Source: an uncultured delta proteobacterium (GTDB taxonomy: Bacteria > Myxococcota_A > Polyangia > Polyangiales > B10-G4). From it: 64,000 nucleotides of DNA. A program made the position numbers and the translations under genes. The stretch is taken from contig CAVSGI010000015.1 in NCBI GenBank assembly GCA_963727445.1, positions 192,001 through 256,000 of the forward strand. Reading direction: 5' to 3'. The notes under the pieces were generated by a model. It was not told the DNA's origin. It saw only the letters and a program-made list of their open reading frames with translations, and did not search any database. Of the stretch, positions 51,305-63,992 are shown piece by piece; within the stretch, counting starts at the first letter, position 1, and every line of letters begins with the position of its first letter.

Positions 51305-53182
51305 ATGCGCAACTGTGCGCCCGTGCGGCTCCTCTCGATCGCCCTCGCCTCGGGATTGCCCCTCGCGTGTTTCGTCGCCACCGCCGCCCCCTTCGGATAC
51401 TGGCACGACGCGGGCGAGTTCGTCGCTCAGGCGACGAGCTTCGGGATCGCACACCCTCCCGGCCACCCGGTCGCGGGCGTCATCGGCGGCGCCGCGGCGC
51501 TGTTGCCCTTCGGACCCATCGCGCTGCGCGTCGCCCTCGCGAGCGCGATCCTCGCCGCGGTCGCCGCAGCTTTCCTCTACCTGGCGATCGAGCGAAGCGT
51601 TCGCGCCCAGGGCGTGCGCTCGGCGAGCATCTACGTGCCCCTCTCCCTCGGCGCCACCTGGTTGGTGGTCGGCTCCGCAGGCTTCTGGCTCCAAGCCGTC
51701 CGCCCAGAGGTCTACGCGCTTCAGGCGGCGCTGTCCGCGATCGTGCTCGAGCGGGTGATCGCCTTCGAGACGTCCGCGGGTCACGCGCTAGGCACGCCTG
51801 TCGATTCCCGTCCGCTCTACGCGGCCTCTCTCGCCCTCGGCCTCTCGCTCGCCAACCACCACTTCCTCGGCTTGCTGCTCTTGCCCGCCCTCGCCCCGAC
51901 CCTCGCGCGCGTGGTGCGCACGCGCGGGCTCCGGCCGGCCGGCAAGATCGCGCTCTTCGGCCTGCTGGGCCTCGCGGCTTACGTCTATCTTCCGGTGCGC
52001 GCCGACGCGGGCGCCGCACTGAACCTCGGCGACCCAAACGACTTCGGGCGCTTCTTCTGGGTCGTGAGCGCTCAGGCCTTTCAGGGCTCCTCCGCCATCA
52101 CGCCCCAGCCCCTGGGCTATCGCTTCGCCGACGTCCTGGTGCAGCTGGTCGACAACATGCATCCGGTGCCGCTGCTCATGGCGGCGGGCGGCGCCTACGC
52201 CCTCTTTCGACAGGCGCGTCTGAGGCGTATCGCCTTCATCTGGACCGCGGTCTTCGTCATCTTCTGCGCCGCGCGGGCCTGGCTCGGCTTCATCCGCGAA
52301 AACCCCGACGCCCTCGGCTATCTGCTCCCCGCCTTCGGCGCGGTGGGGGCGCTCGCGGCGTGCTTCGTCGGCCAGGTGCTCGTCTCTTTCGGGCGCGCCG
52401 GTCGAGAGCCGCCCCGGCGCACGGCGGTCGTCGCTGCGCTCGTGCTCGCGGTCCTCGGGCTGCTTCAGCTCCGTGAGAGCGAGCCCCGCGCCAGCCTCGC
52501 CCGCTTCGCCGGCACCGACGCCTTCGAGGAGATCGGCCGGCGCACCCTGCCCGCCCGCTCGGTGGTCTTCGCCTTCAATCCGCAGACGGTCTTTCGCATG
52601 TGGGGCGCCGAGGCGATGGAGGAGATGCGTCCGGACGTGACCGTGGTGGCGATGCCCTTCTTGACCTACCCGAGCTTCGTGAACGACCTGGCCGAGAAGA
52701 GCCCCGAGCTCGAAAACATCCTGCGGGGCCGGGTCCTTTCGGGGAGCTTGTCGGAGGGCGAGCTCCAGAGCCTCGCCGCGCGCCGGCCCGTGCTGGTGGA
52801 GCTCGACCCGCGGGTGGATCCGAGCCTCTACCGCACCCTCGTCCCCTTCAACCTCTTCCATCAGGTGCTGCCAGACCGCGCCTATCCAGACGACCGCCTG
52901 GCGGGGGCGCGGCGCGCCGCCGACGATTGGGACCACCTGATGGTCTCCCTCGGAAGCGACGCCGAGGAGCGAGAGACCCGCCGCCAGCTCGTCTGGAGCC
53001 TCTACCACCAGGCCCTCTACTTCGCCGCCACCGGCCAGTGGGACCGCGCTCACAAAGCCATCGGCGCCGCCACCACCATGAACCCCCTCGCCGAAGAGCT
53101 CCTCCGCCTCCGCGACGCCGTCGACGCCGCCGACCCGGACTCCCAAGGCATCGACGTCACCCCCTACTTCCCCCACCCCTAA
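51305..53182 (+). CDS. DUF2723 / TMEM260-like GT-C membrane glycosyltransferase
   Basis: DAGEF......GIAHPPGHP, W.QAV.PEVY.L, LANHH, YLP.R...LN.GDP; C-terminal TPR-like helix. Confidence 0.87.
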   Translation: MRNCAPVRLLSIALASGLPLACFVATAAPFGYWHDAGEFVAQATSFGIAHPPGHPVAGVIGGAAALLPFGPIALRVALASAILAAVAAAFLYLAIERSVRAQGVRSASIYVPLSLGATWLVVGSAGFWLQAVRPEVYALQAALSAIVLERVIAFETSAGHALGTPVDSRPLYAASLALGLSLANHHFLGLLLLPALAPTLARVVRTRGLRPAGKIALFGLLGLAAYVYLPVRADAGAALNLGDPNDFGRFFWVVSAQAFQGSSAITPQPLGYRFADVLVQLVDNMHPVPLLMAAGGAYALFRQARLRRIAFIWTAVFVIFCAARAWLGFIRENPDALGYLLPAFGAVGALAACFVGQVLVSFGRAGREPPRRTAVVAALVLAVLGLLQLRESEPRASLARFAGTDAFEEIGRRTLPARSVVFAFNPQTVFRMWGAEAMEEMRPDVTVVAMPFLTYPSFVNDLAEKSPELENILRGRVLSGSLSEGELQSLAARRPVLVELDPRVDPSLYRTLVPFNLFHQVLPDRAYPDDRLAGARRAADDWDHLMVSLGSDAEERETRRQLVWSLYHQALYFAATGQWDRAHKAIGAATTMNPLAEELLRLRDAVDAADPDSQGIDVTPYFPHP

Positions 53183-53183
53183 C

Positions 53184-53402
53184 GGGGACGGTCTACACTT
53201 TTCAACTTTCGCCCCCCCAACGCGGACCGCCCCCCCCCAATGGGGACGGTCTGCACTTTTCAACTTTTGGCCCCTCCCACTGCCCGGGTTGGCGGAGAAA
53301 GTTGAAAAGTGCAGACCGTCCCCGTTTCTTTGGGTTGGCGGAGAAAGTTGGTCCCCGTTTCTTTGGGTTGGCGGAGAAAGTTGAAAAGTGCAGACCGTCC
53401 CC
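53184..53402. repeat. Nested cluster of 26-bp inverted repeats (REPIN-like)
   Basis: GGGGACGGTCT(A/G)CACTTTTCAACTTT forward at 53184 and 53242; inverted at 53298 and 53377; internally deleted inverted copy at 53344. Confidence 0.93.
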
Positions 53403-53557
53403 GTTTTTTTGTGTTTGGGGTTCTTTTCGGGCATGTCGGGGGGAGTAGGAGGGTGTAGGACATGCACGCACAGGCGACCCCGGACTGCCGCTCACAGCAT
53501 CAGCTGAACCTGCGACTGCTTCGGTACACGGCGTCCCCGCAGCGGGAAGAGCCAGTG

Positions 53558-55516
53558 ATGCTCGCGCAGGATCTCCTCGCCGCCCGCCGGGCGATGGACG
53601 CCCTCGAGGTGGTGGAGACAGCGATGGAGCGGGAGCCCGACGACGCGGACCTGCTCCTCACGCTCGGCGTAGCGCTCCTCGAGAGCGGCGAGATGGAGTG
53701 GGCGCGCCGCGTCCTGGTGCAGGCCGTCCAGGTCGAGCCCGAGTGGTCCGAGCCCTGGCGGTGGCTCGGCGAGACCCTGCTCAAGACCGGCGACCAGAGC
53801 CGCGCCATCCGCGCTCTCGAACGGGCGAAGAGCCTCGAAGGCGCCGACCCCGCCGTCGAGAAGCTGCTCAAGAGCATCACGCGCTGGGACGACGTGAGCC
53901 GGCGACTTTCGCGCTTCCTCGAGCGGCCCGAGCTGGTCGACCCGGCGCTCCTGCTTCAAGACCTCCTGGACGACGGGCGCATCGACGAAGCGGAGCGGGT
54001 GCTCCAGATCGCTCTGGCCGAGGATGAAGAGGATCCGGACCTCTTGCTGCTGCGGAGCCGCGTGGAGCGGGCGCGCGGCGATCTCGACGCTGCACGCGTG
54101 TCGCTGCGTCGTGCCACCGAGCTCGACCCGGGCTGGGAAGAGGCTTGGAGCGACCTCGAATCGCTGCTGCTCGAGATGGGCGACGAAGACGCGGCGCGGC
54201 AAATCGCGATCGCTGCGAAGGAGGCCGAGCGTGCTGCCCTCGAGGAGGCGCTGGCCGAGCGGGTGGCGCGCGAGAAGGCGCTCGCCGAGCAGCGGGCGCG
54301 GGAAGAGCGGCTGAGGCTCGAGGAGAAGCGCGCGGAAGAAGAGCGCGCGAAGGCCGCCGCGGAAGAGGAGCGCCAGCGACGAGAGGAGGCGGCCTTAGAG
54401 GAGCGCCAGCGACGAGAGGCGGCGGCGGAAGAGGAGCGCCAGCGGCAGATCGAGGAGTCGCGCAAGATGCAGGCTGTTCTCGCGCGCGCGGCGAAGGAAG
54501 CCGAAGAAGCCGGAAAGAAGGCGGCCAAGGAGGCGCTTCTCCGTGCGACCGCCGACGCCCGCGCAGCGGCGGCGCGTCGCGCGGCCGAAGAGCGCGCGAA
54601 GAAGGAAGCCGCCGAGCGCGCGGTGCGCGAAGCCGAGGAGCGCGAAGAGGCGCGCATCGCCGAGGAGCAGCGCAAGAAGGCCGAAGCGTTTCAGCGCGCG
54701 TGGGAGGAAGCGGAGCGTGAAGCGCGGCAGCGCATCGCGCAGATGCGTGCCCAGAAGGAAGAGGACGACGCGCGCCGGCGCGAGGAAGAGGCGCACCTGG
54801 TGAAGGTGCAGGCCGAGCAGGAGGAGCTCGCCGAGGGGCTGCGGCGCGCGCGCGAAGCGATCTGGCAGCAGGCGAAGATCGAAGCCGTGCGGCGCATGCG
54901 CGATTCGGAGGCGCCGTGCCCAAAGGACGTGCAGACGGCGGCCTTCGCGCGGGCGCGAGAGGAGCTCGAGGCCGAAGCGCGGCGCGAAGCGCGCGCGGCG
55001 GCGGAGCGGCGCCGGCGCGAAGCGGAGGAGCGCAAGCAGGCGGCGGAGGAGGCGCGCAGCAGGGCCGAGGCGCTCGAGCGGGCGCGGGCAGCCGCGCGCC
55101 AGCAGCGGCTCTGGGAGGCGAGCAGCGAGTCGCGACAGGCAGCGGCCAGCCGCGCGCTGGCGCTGGCGGCCAAGATGGCCGAGGACGCACGCGAGCGGCT
55201 GAGCACGACGGTCGCGAGCCCGGACGCGGACGAGCCGGTCTTCGAGCTGGCCTCGCTCCGCACCATGGCGCCGACGATCTCGGCCACCGAGGTGGACGAA
55301 ATGCTCGACGATCTCCTCGGCACCTTCGAGGAGAACGGGCCCGGCGACACGCTTCCCGGAATGCCAATTCCCGGCGAGCTCGACGGCGGTGTGGGAATGA
55401 GGCAGAGCTCGGTGGGGCTTCGGCTCCGAGAGGACCTGGCGGTCCCCTATCAGCCCGCGGGGCCGCTCCACGACACCGCCGTCGGCATCCCAGCGGCGCT
55501 CGAGACGCTGCACTGA
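53558..55516 (+). CDS. TPR-repeat protein with long charged coiled coil
   Basis: N-terminal TPRs, then about 350 aa E/R/A/K-rich helix. Start could be 53462. Confidence 0.8.
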   Translation: MLAQDLLAARRAMDALEVVETAMEREPDDADLLLTLGVALLESGEMEWARRVLVQAVQVEPEWSEPWRWLGETLLKTGDQSRAIRALERAKSLEGADPAVEKLLKSITRWDDVSRRLSRFLERPELVDPALLLQDLLDDGRIDEAERVLQIALAEDEEDPDLLLLRSRVERARGDLDAARVSLRRATELDPGWEEAWSDLESLLLEMGDEDAARQIAIAAKEAERAALEEALAERVAREKALAEQRAREERLRLEEKRAEEERAKAAAEEERQRREEAALEERQRREAAAEEERQRQIEESRKMQAVLARAAKEAEEAGKKAAKEALLRATADARAAAARRAAEERAKKEAAERAVREAEEREEARIAEEQRKKAEAFQRAWEEAEREARQRIAQMRAQKEEDDARRREEEAHLVKVQAEQEELAEGLRRAREAIWQQAKIEAVRRMRDSEAPCPKDVQTAAFARAREELEAEARREARAAAERRRREAEERKQAAEEARSRAEALERARAAARQQRLWEASSESRQAAASRALALAAKMAEDARERLSTTVASPDADEPVFELASLRTMAPTISATEVDEMLDDLLGTFEENGPGDTLPGMPIPGELDGGVGMRQSSVGLRLREDLAVPYQPAGPLHDTAVGIPAALETLH

Positions 55517-55537
55517 GCCGAGTGGTAGCTTGGCGCT

Positions 55538-56525
55538 GTGGGGTCTCGCCGGCCGACGCTCTCGCTCCTCTACGCACCTGACGCTTCGGCGATCCCGGGT
55601 ACGCTGACCCTCGGCGTCGAGCTCGGCCGCGAGCGTGTGGTCGGCCGCAGCCCCGACGCCGACATGGTGATCCCCGACCCCCGCGTCTCGCGGCGCCACG
55701 CCATCGTGCGTTGGGACGGCGAGCGCGTGATGATCGAGGATCTGAGCCAGAACGGCACCTCGATCGACGGGGCGCGCTTTGCGTCCGGGGAGGTGGTCGA
55801 CGGGGACGTGCTGCGTTTCGGCGACTCGTTCGTGATCCTGCGTTTCACCGAGGATCCGGACGAGGGCGACGCGGACGTGGAGCAGATCAACGGCATCGGG
55901 CCGGCCATGCGCGCGGTGCGACGGGCCGTGGCCGAGGCGGCGAAGACGAGCGCGCCCGTGCGGATCGGTGGCCCGCCCGGCGTGGGCAAGCGCGCGATCG
56001 GGCGTGTCATCCACGAGCGAAGCGGTCGGCCCGGGGAGCTTGTCTGCGTCGACGCGCAAGCCGGCGAAGAGCTGGCGGCCGGGGTGGTGGAGGCGGGGGA
56101 AGGCACTGTCTATTACGCCAACGTCGAGGCCCTGGAGGACGGGGATCGGGCCATCCTGCGGTCAGCGCCCCGGGCGCGGATCCTCGTCGGCACCCGCGTG
56201 ACCTTCGACGCGCTGGAGCTCTTCGGACACGAGATTCGTGATACCGCCGCTTCGCGCGCGTCGGGAGGACATCCTGCCCTACGTCCAGCGCATCACCGGC
56301 CGCCCGCTCGTCGACTTCGACCCCGAGCTGGTGGGGGGGCTGCTCCGCCACCTCTGGCCCTACAACGTGCGCGAGCTCTCGAAGGTCGCGCGCGCCCTCA
56401 CCGCCCGCGGCCGCGGCGAGCCCAAGCTCTCTCTCGAGCTGATCCAGGACGGCCTGGCCTTCATCGGCGGCGCCGCCGACCAGACCCTCCCCGCCACCGA
56501 GCTGCGGCTCGATGGAGACGAGTGA
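55538..56525 (+). CDS. FHA plus degenerate sigma54-type AAA protein (apparent frameshift at 56237)
   Basis: FHA VGR..VSRRHA..DLSQNGT; GPPGVGK; next frame IPPLR.RREDI..WPYNVREL. No GAFTGA and no HTH. Confidence 0.75.
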
Positions 56526-56574
56526 CGCGCGCGTTGCCGTTTCGATCGTCGGCACCCCCGCCTGGTACTCCTTC

Positions 56575-57084
56575 TTACTGCGTGCCGTGAAGCGGACGGG
56601 CCAGCCCGTCGACGACCTCGACCTCGTCGATCGTCTCGAAGACCCGAGGCGCAACCTTGATCTTGGTGTCGCGGCCACCGCCGCCGACGACGACCCAGGG
56701 CCGAGCCATGACACGCGCGTCCACGTAGATGGGAAGACCCTCGGGGAGGGCGAAGGGCGTGACGCCTCCGACGATCATGCCGGTGAGGGCGTGCATCTGT
56801 TCGGCGCTCGCGAAGGAGCAGCGGCGAACGCCCATCAGCTTGCGCATGCGCTTGTTCACGTCGAGTCGATCCGTCGACAGCACGAGACCCAGCGCGTAGA
56901 CGGTGGGCTCGACCCTCTTCGAGGCGACCAGGATCGCGTTCGCCGAGCTCTCGAGTGGCACGTCGTAGCGCGTGCAGAAGTCGGCGGTGTCCGCGAGGTC
57001 GGGATCGATCTCCATCACCTCGTGCGCGATGCCGCGTTCGCCCAGCCAGGCCAGCACGCGATTCCGTGGTTCTTCGTCGGACAT
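56575..57084 (-). CDS. YbaK/EbsC family aminoacyl-tRNA editing-domain protein
   Basis: ADTADFC, SANAI, SFAS....LTGMIVGGVTPF, VGGGGR..KI. Confidence 0.88.
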   Translation of the reverse strand: MSDEEPRNRVLAWLGERGIAHEVMEIDPDLADTADFCTRYDVPLESSANAILVASKRVEPTVYALGLVLSTDRLDVNKRMRKLMGVRRCSFASAEQMHALTGMIVGGVTPFALPEGLPIYVDARVMARPWVVVGGGGRDTKIKVAPRVFETIDEVEVVDGLARPLHGTQ

Positions 57085-57176
57085 GGGGACATGGTGGCAC
57101 GCGCTTTGGAAGAGCTCCGAAGCGCGTGTTCGACCTCTTTCAAATCACGGTTTTGCGGACTCTGGTCCGCCGCCTC

Positions 57177-59486
57177 GTGCCCTCGCGACGTCACGGTGCG
57201 TTGCTTCTCTGGGCGATCGTCGCCGGCGTCTTCACACTGCTGCCCGCTGTCGGCACTGTGCACGCCCAGGACACCTGGACCACGCCCCATCCCGGGATCC
57301 GCATGCTCGACCGGCGCGCCGCAGGGCCGCGGCGCATCCACGCCCTCGTCGTCGACCTCTGTCGTGCCGGCGTCTCGATCCGCGCCACGCGGCGCAGCGA
57401 GAGAGGCCAGACGCCCTCCTCCTTCGGCAGCTCGGTGAACGCCGAAGCCGCGATCAACGGCGACTTCTTCAGCTACGCGACCTACGACCCGAGCGGTGCC
57501 GCCATCGGCAACGGCGAGGCGTGGAGCCACGCCGACTCCTCCCGCAACGGCTTCCTCGCCTTCGGGCGCGAACAGGTCGATCTCTCGCCGCCCGCCGAGG
57601 TCCACGATCCACTCCCCGCCTGGGCGCAGCAACTCGTGAGCGGCCACCCCCAGATCCTCCGCGGCGGCTCCGTGGTCTCGCAGACCAGCGACCTGTGCAC
57701 CGCACGTCATCCGCGCAGCGCCGCCGGCCTGAGCCGCGATCGACAGACCCTCTACCTGATGGTCGTCGACGGACGCACGAGCTCCAGCATCGGGATGACC
57801 TGCGCCGAGGAGGCGCGCTTCCTTCGCGAGCTCGGCGCCTGGGACGCGATGAACCAGGACGGCGGTGGCTCGAGCGCCATGTGGGTGCGCGGTCGAGGCA
57901 TCGTGAACCACCCCTCCGACGGTGTGACACGCGTGGTCGGTAACCACCTCGCCATCCAGGCCGACGGCGGCAACGGCCTCGCTGCCTCGTGTCGGCCCTG
58001 GGAGCCCTACGAAGCGGCGGGCATGGCTCAGGCCTTCGAATCATCGACCACCACCGACATCGATGGCGACGGACGCGCCGACCTCTGCGCACGCGCGGCC
58101 GCCGGTATTCGATGCCGCCTCGCCGCGGGCGGCGCGTTCGATTTCGATCCCACCGAGATCATCGGCCCCGGCCTCTCCGACGACCACGGCTGGCAGGACC
58201 CGTCGAACCACCGCACCATCGCCTTCGGCGACGTCACAGGCGACGGACGCGCCGACCTCTGCGCGCGCGCCAACGCCGGCATGCGCTGCTGGCCTTCCAC
58301 CGGTGACGGCTTCTCGAGCCCGGCGATCGAAGGCCCGGAGCTCTCCGACGACCGCGGCTGGGACGCCCTCGACCGTTACGCGACGATCCGCCTCGCCGAC
58401 GTGAGCGGCGATGGCATCGCCGACCTCTGCGCGCGCGGGGCGGCCGGTTTCCGCTGCTTCACCTCCACCGGCGACGGCTTCGGTCCGTCCTGGTCGCCGA
58501 TCGCCGCCCTCTCCGACGACGAAGGCTTCTCGGAGGACGCGCACTGGTCCACGATCCGCATGGGCGACATCGATCACGACGGGCGCATGGACGTCTGCGC
58601 GCGCTCGGTGGACGGCGTCCTCTGCTTCCGTTCCCTGGGCGACGCCTTCGAGGAGACCCCGGTGATGGGCCCCGGCTGGTCGGACATGCACGGCTGGGCG
58701 AAGCCCGAGCACTCCCTCACCTTTCGCGTGGTCGACGTCGACGGGGATGGGCGCGCCGACGTCTGCGCCCGCGCCGCCGCCGGCTTCCGCTGTCACCTGT
58801 CGACCGGCGACGGCTTCGGCCCCGCGATCGCGCTCGACGCCATGAAGAACGAGGGCGGCTGGAACGCCATCGAGTACTACACGACGATCCGCCTCGCCGA
58901 CATCGACGGAGACGGTGACCGCGACGTCTGCGCACGCGCCGCGCGCGGCATCCTCTGCTGGCCCTTCGAAGAGGGCGGTTGGGGAGCGCGCATCGAGGGC
59001 CCCACGCTCGCCGACGACGTGGGCTGGGCGCGCGCCGCCCACTACCGCACGATCCGCTTCGCCGATCTCGATGGCGATGGCGACGAGGACCTCTGCGCCC
59101 GCGCGGCTGTGGGTATGTTGTGCTGGTCCTCCGGCCCCGATGGCTTCGGCGCGCGGATCGCGGGGCCCGAATGGAGCAACGACGCCGGCTGGGCACGCCC
59201 CCGCTTCCACGAGACGCTGCGCTTCGCCTCGCCGCCGCCGGTGGTCGAGAGCGAGCCCCCGCCGCCACCCAGCGGCGACGACGCGAGCGTCCCACCCCCG
59301 CCCCCCGGCGACGACGCTGGCGTGGGGATGGGCACGGCCGACGGCGGAGTCGCACCGCCGATCGACGGCGACGAGCCGATCACCGGCGGATGCAGCGCAG
59401 CGGCCAGCCCTACGACCGAGCCAGCCTTCCTCCTGATCCTCCTCGCCCTCACGGGCGCACGCCGGCGCCGGCGACGCCGCCGCTGA
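57177..59486 (+). CDS. Phosphodiester glycosidase (NAGPA-like) plus 7 VCBS/FG-GAP-like repeats and MYXO-CTERM tail
   Basis: AAINGDFF, RHPRSAAG, VVDGR, AMNQDGGGSS; seven D.DGDG.ADLCAR repeats; [20 protein letters not shown]. Start approximate. Confidence 0.87.
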   Translation: MPSRRHGALLLWAIVAGVFTLLPAVGTVHAQDTWTTPHPGIRMLDRRAAGPRRIHALVVDLCRAGVSIRATRRSERGQTPSSFGSSVNAEAAINGDFFSYATYDPSGAAIGNGEAWSHADSSRNGFLAFGREQVDLSPPAEVHDPLPAWAQQLVSGHPQILRGGSVVSQTSDLCTARHPRSAAGLSRDRQTLYLMVVDGRTSSSIGMTCAEEARFLRELGAWDAMNQDGGGSSAMWVRGRGIVNHPSDGVTRVVGNHLAIQADGGNGLAASCRPWEPYEAAGMAQAFESSTTTDIDGDGRADLCARAAAGIRCRLAAGGAFDFDPTEIIGPGLSDDHGWQDPSNHRTIAFGDVTGDGRADLCARANAGMRCWPSTGDGFSSPAIEGPELSDDRGWDALDRYATIRLADVSGDGIADLCARGAAGFRCFTSTGDGFGPSWSPIAALSDDEGFSEDAHWSTIRMGDIDHDGRMDVCARSVDGVLCFRSLGDAFEETPVMGPGWSDMHGWAKPEHSLTFRVVDVDGDGRADVCARAAAGFRCHLSTGDGFGPAIALDAMKNEGGWNAIEYYTTIRLADIDGDGDRDVCARAARGILCWPFEEGGWGARIEGPTLADDVGWARAAHYRTIRFADLDGDGDEDLCARAAVGMLCWSSGPDGFGARIAGPEWSNDAGWARPRFHETLRFASPPPVVESEPPPPPSGDDASVPPPPPGDDAGVGMGTADGGVAPPIDGDEPITGGCSAAASPTTEPAFLLILLALTGARRRRRRRR

Positions 59487-59519
59487 AGCCCAGGGCCCCG
59501 ATGCGCTACGATCCGCCGT

Positions 59520-60785
59520 GTGAGACTCGACGCCACGGCGCTCGCCATCGCGGTCCTGGCCCTCGGAGGCTGCTCCGGGGAGGGCGGCTTCACGCTGAGC
59601 GTCGACGTCCGCACGGATCTGAACCCCGGCGTGGACTTCGTGCGCGTGGAGACGCTCGACGCCGCGGAGCCGATCGCCACCGTTTCCACACCCGAGATGG
59701 TGCGCTTCACCGACTTCGCAGGGGCCGACTTCGTCGCGGGTGAGCGCGTCGCCGAGCTCGATGGCCTGCCGCGAGGCACGCGCTACGTCGAGGTGCGCCT
59801 GGTGGACAGCGTCGGTGGCACCGTCCTTTCGCGCACGACGCTCCTCGAGTTGACGAGCAACTACGCGGTGACCCTGGTCCTGTCGAGTGCCTGCACCGGC
59901 GTCGTCTGCCCGAGCGCGAGCGATCCCGCGTCGGCCACGGCGTGCCAGGGCGGCGCGTGCGTCGACCCTCGCTGCACGCCCGAAGACCCGACGCATTGCG
60001 GCGAGCCCCAGTGCACGACGAACACCGAGTGCGCCGCCAGCGGCTGCCGCGCCGGCATCTGCGGCGACGGGGTGTGCCTGCTCTCGCCCGACGACTCCCT
60101 CTGCGGCGACGGCGAGAGCTGCCAGCCCGACGGAAGCTGCATCACCACGGCGGTGGACTCGGGCGCGCCCGACACCGGAGCGCCCGACGCCGTCGTGGAC
60201 AGCGGAGTGCCGAGCACCACCGGCTCCTTCTGCCCCGACGCGCCGCTGCTGCGCCAGCAGCTGGCGGCCTTCCTCGTGCGCTACATGCACGGCGTCGACT
60301 TCCGCTCCCCGGCCGCCACCGGCGTCTTCACCGACGTCCCCACCTCCTCACCCTACGCCGCCGACATCGAGCAGCTCGCGCGCGACGGCATCACCATGGG
60401 GTGTGGCACCGACATCTTCTGCCCCACCGATCCCGTGCTCCGCGATCAGGCCGCCACCTTCCTGGTCCGCGCGCGCTACGGGCCGAGCTTCCGACCTCCG
60501 GCCGCCACCGGCGTCTTCACCGACGTCCCCCTCAGCAACGTCCACGCCGCAAACATCGAGCAGATCTACCGCGACGGGATCACGCTCGGATGCGGCACCA
60601 ACCTCTACTGCCCCTCGGACCCGCTGTTGCGCCGGCACTTCGCCGTCTTCCTGGTGCGCCTGATCTACGGCCCGTCCTATGTGCCCCCTGCACCCATCGG
60701 GCTCTTCAGCGACGTCGACCCCACCGATTCGCAAGCGCCCTACATCGAGAAGCTCGCCTTCGATGGCTTCACACGCGGCTGCTGA
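59520..60785 (+). CDS. Lipoprotein with Cys-rich region and S-layer homology (SLH) repeats
   Basis: LGG-C lipobox; three FTDVP...IEQ...DGIT.GC...CP...R...A.FLVR repeats (circularly permuted). Confidence 0.85.
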   Translation: MRLDATALAIAVLALGGCSGEGGFTLSVDVRTDLNPGVDFVRVETLDAAEPIATVSTPEMVRFTDFAGADFVAGERVAELDGLPRGTRYVEVRLVDSVGGTVLSRTTLLELTSNYAVTLVLSSACTGVVCPSASDPASATACQGGACVDPRCTPEDPTHCGEPQCTTNTECAASGCRAGICGDGVCLLSPDDSLCGDGESCQPDGSCITTAVDSGAPDTGAPDAVVDSGVPSTTGSFCPDAPLLRQQLAAFLVRYMHGVDFRSPAATGVFTDVPTSSPYAADIEQLARDGITMGCGTDIFCPTDPVLRDQAATFLVRARYGPSFRPPAATGVFTDVPLSNVHAANIEQIYRDGITLGCGTNLYCPSDPLLRRHFAVFLVRLIYGPSYVPPAPIGLFSDVDPTDSQAPYIEKLAFDGFTRGC

Positions 60786-60795
60786 CGGCGGCGCT

Positions 60796-61296
60796 CTAAT
60801 CGTACGACGCGCCGATCCGCCGCTGGCGGTTGGCGATGCGCTCGTGCTCGGCGAGTAGCGCCCGGCGGACGTCGGGAGGAACCGAGTCGTGGAGCGAGAT
60901 GCGGTAGCCAGCGTCCGAGTCCTCCATCACCACGTAGGCCTCGCGCCGATCGGGATCGGGATAGACGTGAACACGATCGCCGACGCGGGCGATACGCAGC
61001 TGGTCCTTGCCGGCGGCGACGGTGCCGAAGACGTAGCCCGCGAGCGCCTCCGAATGCGGCCCCTCCCAGTCGGAGAAGCACGCGTGATAAGTCGCCTCGT
61101 CCTGCAGCTCGAAACTGCCGCGGCTGCGCATGTGCCGCTGCACTTCCTCCTGCGTCATGTCGGCGACGCCAAAGGAGCCGAGGAGCGTGTGGATGGTGGC
61201 TTCGGGTGTGTCGAAACGCACGTCCCGCGGGGTGGAATCGCAGGCCGCGATCACCGCCAGAAGAGCCACGATAACCACGCTCTTCGCTGCTCGCAT
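60796..61296 (-). CDS. Hypothetical lipoprotein
   Basis: [19 protein letters not shown] lipobox. Confidence 0.7.
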   Translation of the reverse strand: MRAAKSVVIVALLAVIAACDSTPRDVRFDTPEATIHTLLGSFGVADMTQEEVQRHMRSRGSFELQDEATYHACFSDWEGPHSEALAGYVFGTVAAGKDQLRIARVGDRVHVYPDPDRREAYVVMEDSDAGYRISLHDSVPPDVRRALLAEHERIANRQRRIGASYD

Positions 61297-61371
61297 GCCA
61301 CGGTGATAGCGAGCATCGGAGCTGCCGTCAAAAGGATGACGAGGCCGGATCCGGTGCTTAGCTTTCGAGCC

Positions 61372-63992
<2,621 letters not shown>

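Noticed and set aside
53184..53402. Mini-CRISPR from the 26-bp repeats
   Set aside because: Copies occur in both orientations, spacing is irregular and some spacers are themselves repeated.
57095..57109. sigma54 promoter TGGCACGCGCTTTGG
   Set aside because: The -12 GC is replaced by GG. A second match at 51207-51221 (minus) has GG-N10-GC but lacks the TT, so neither is called.
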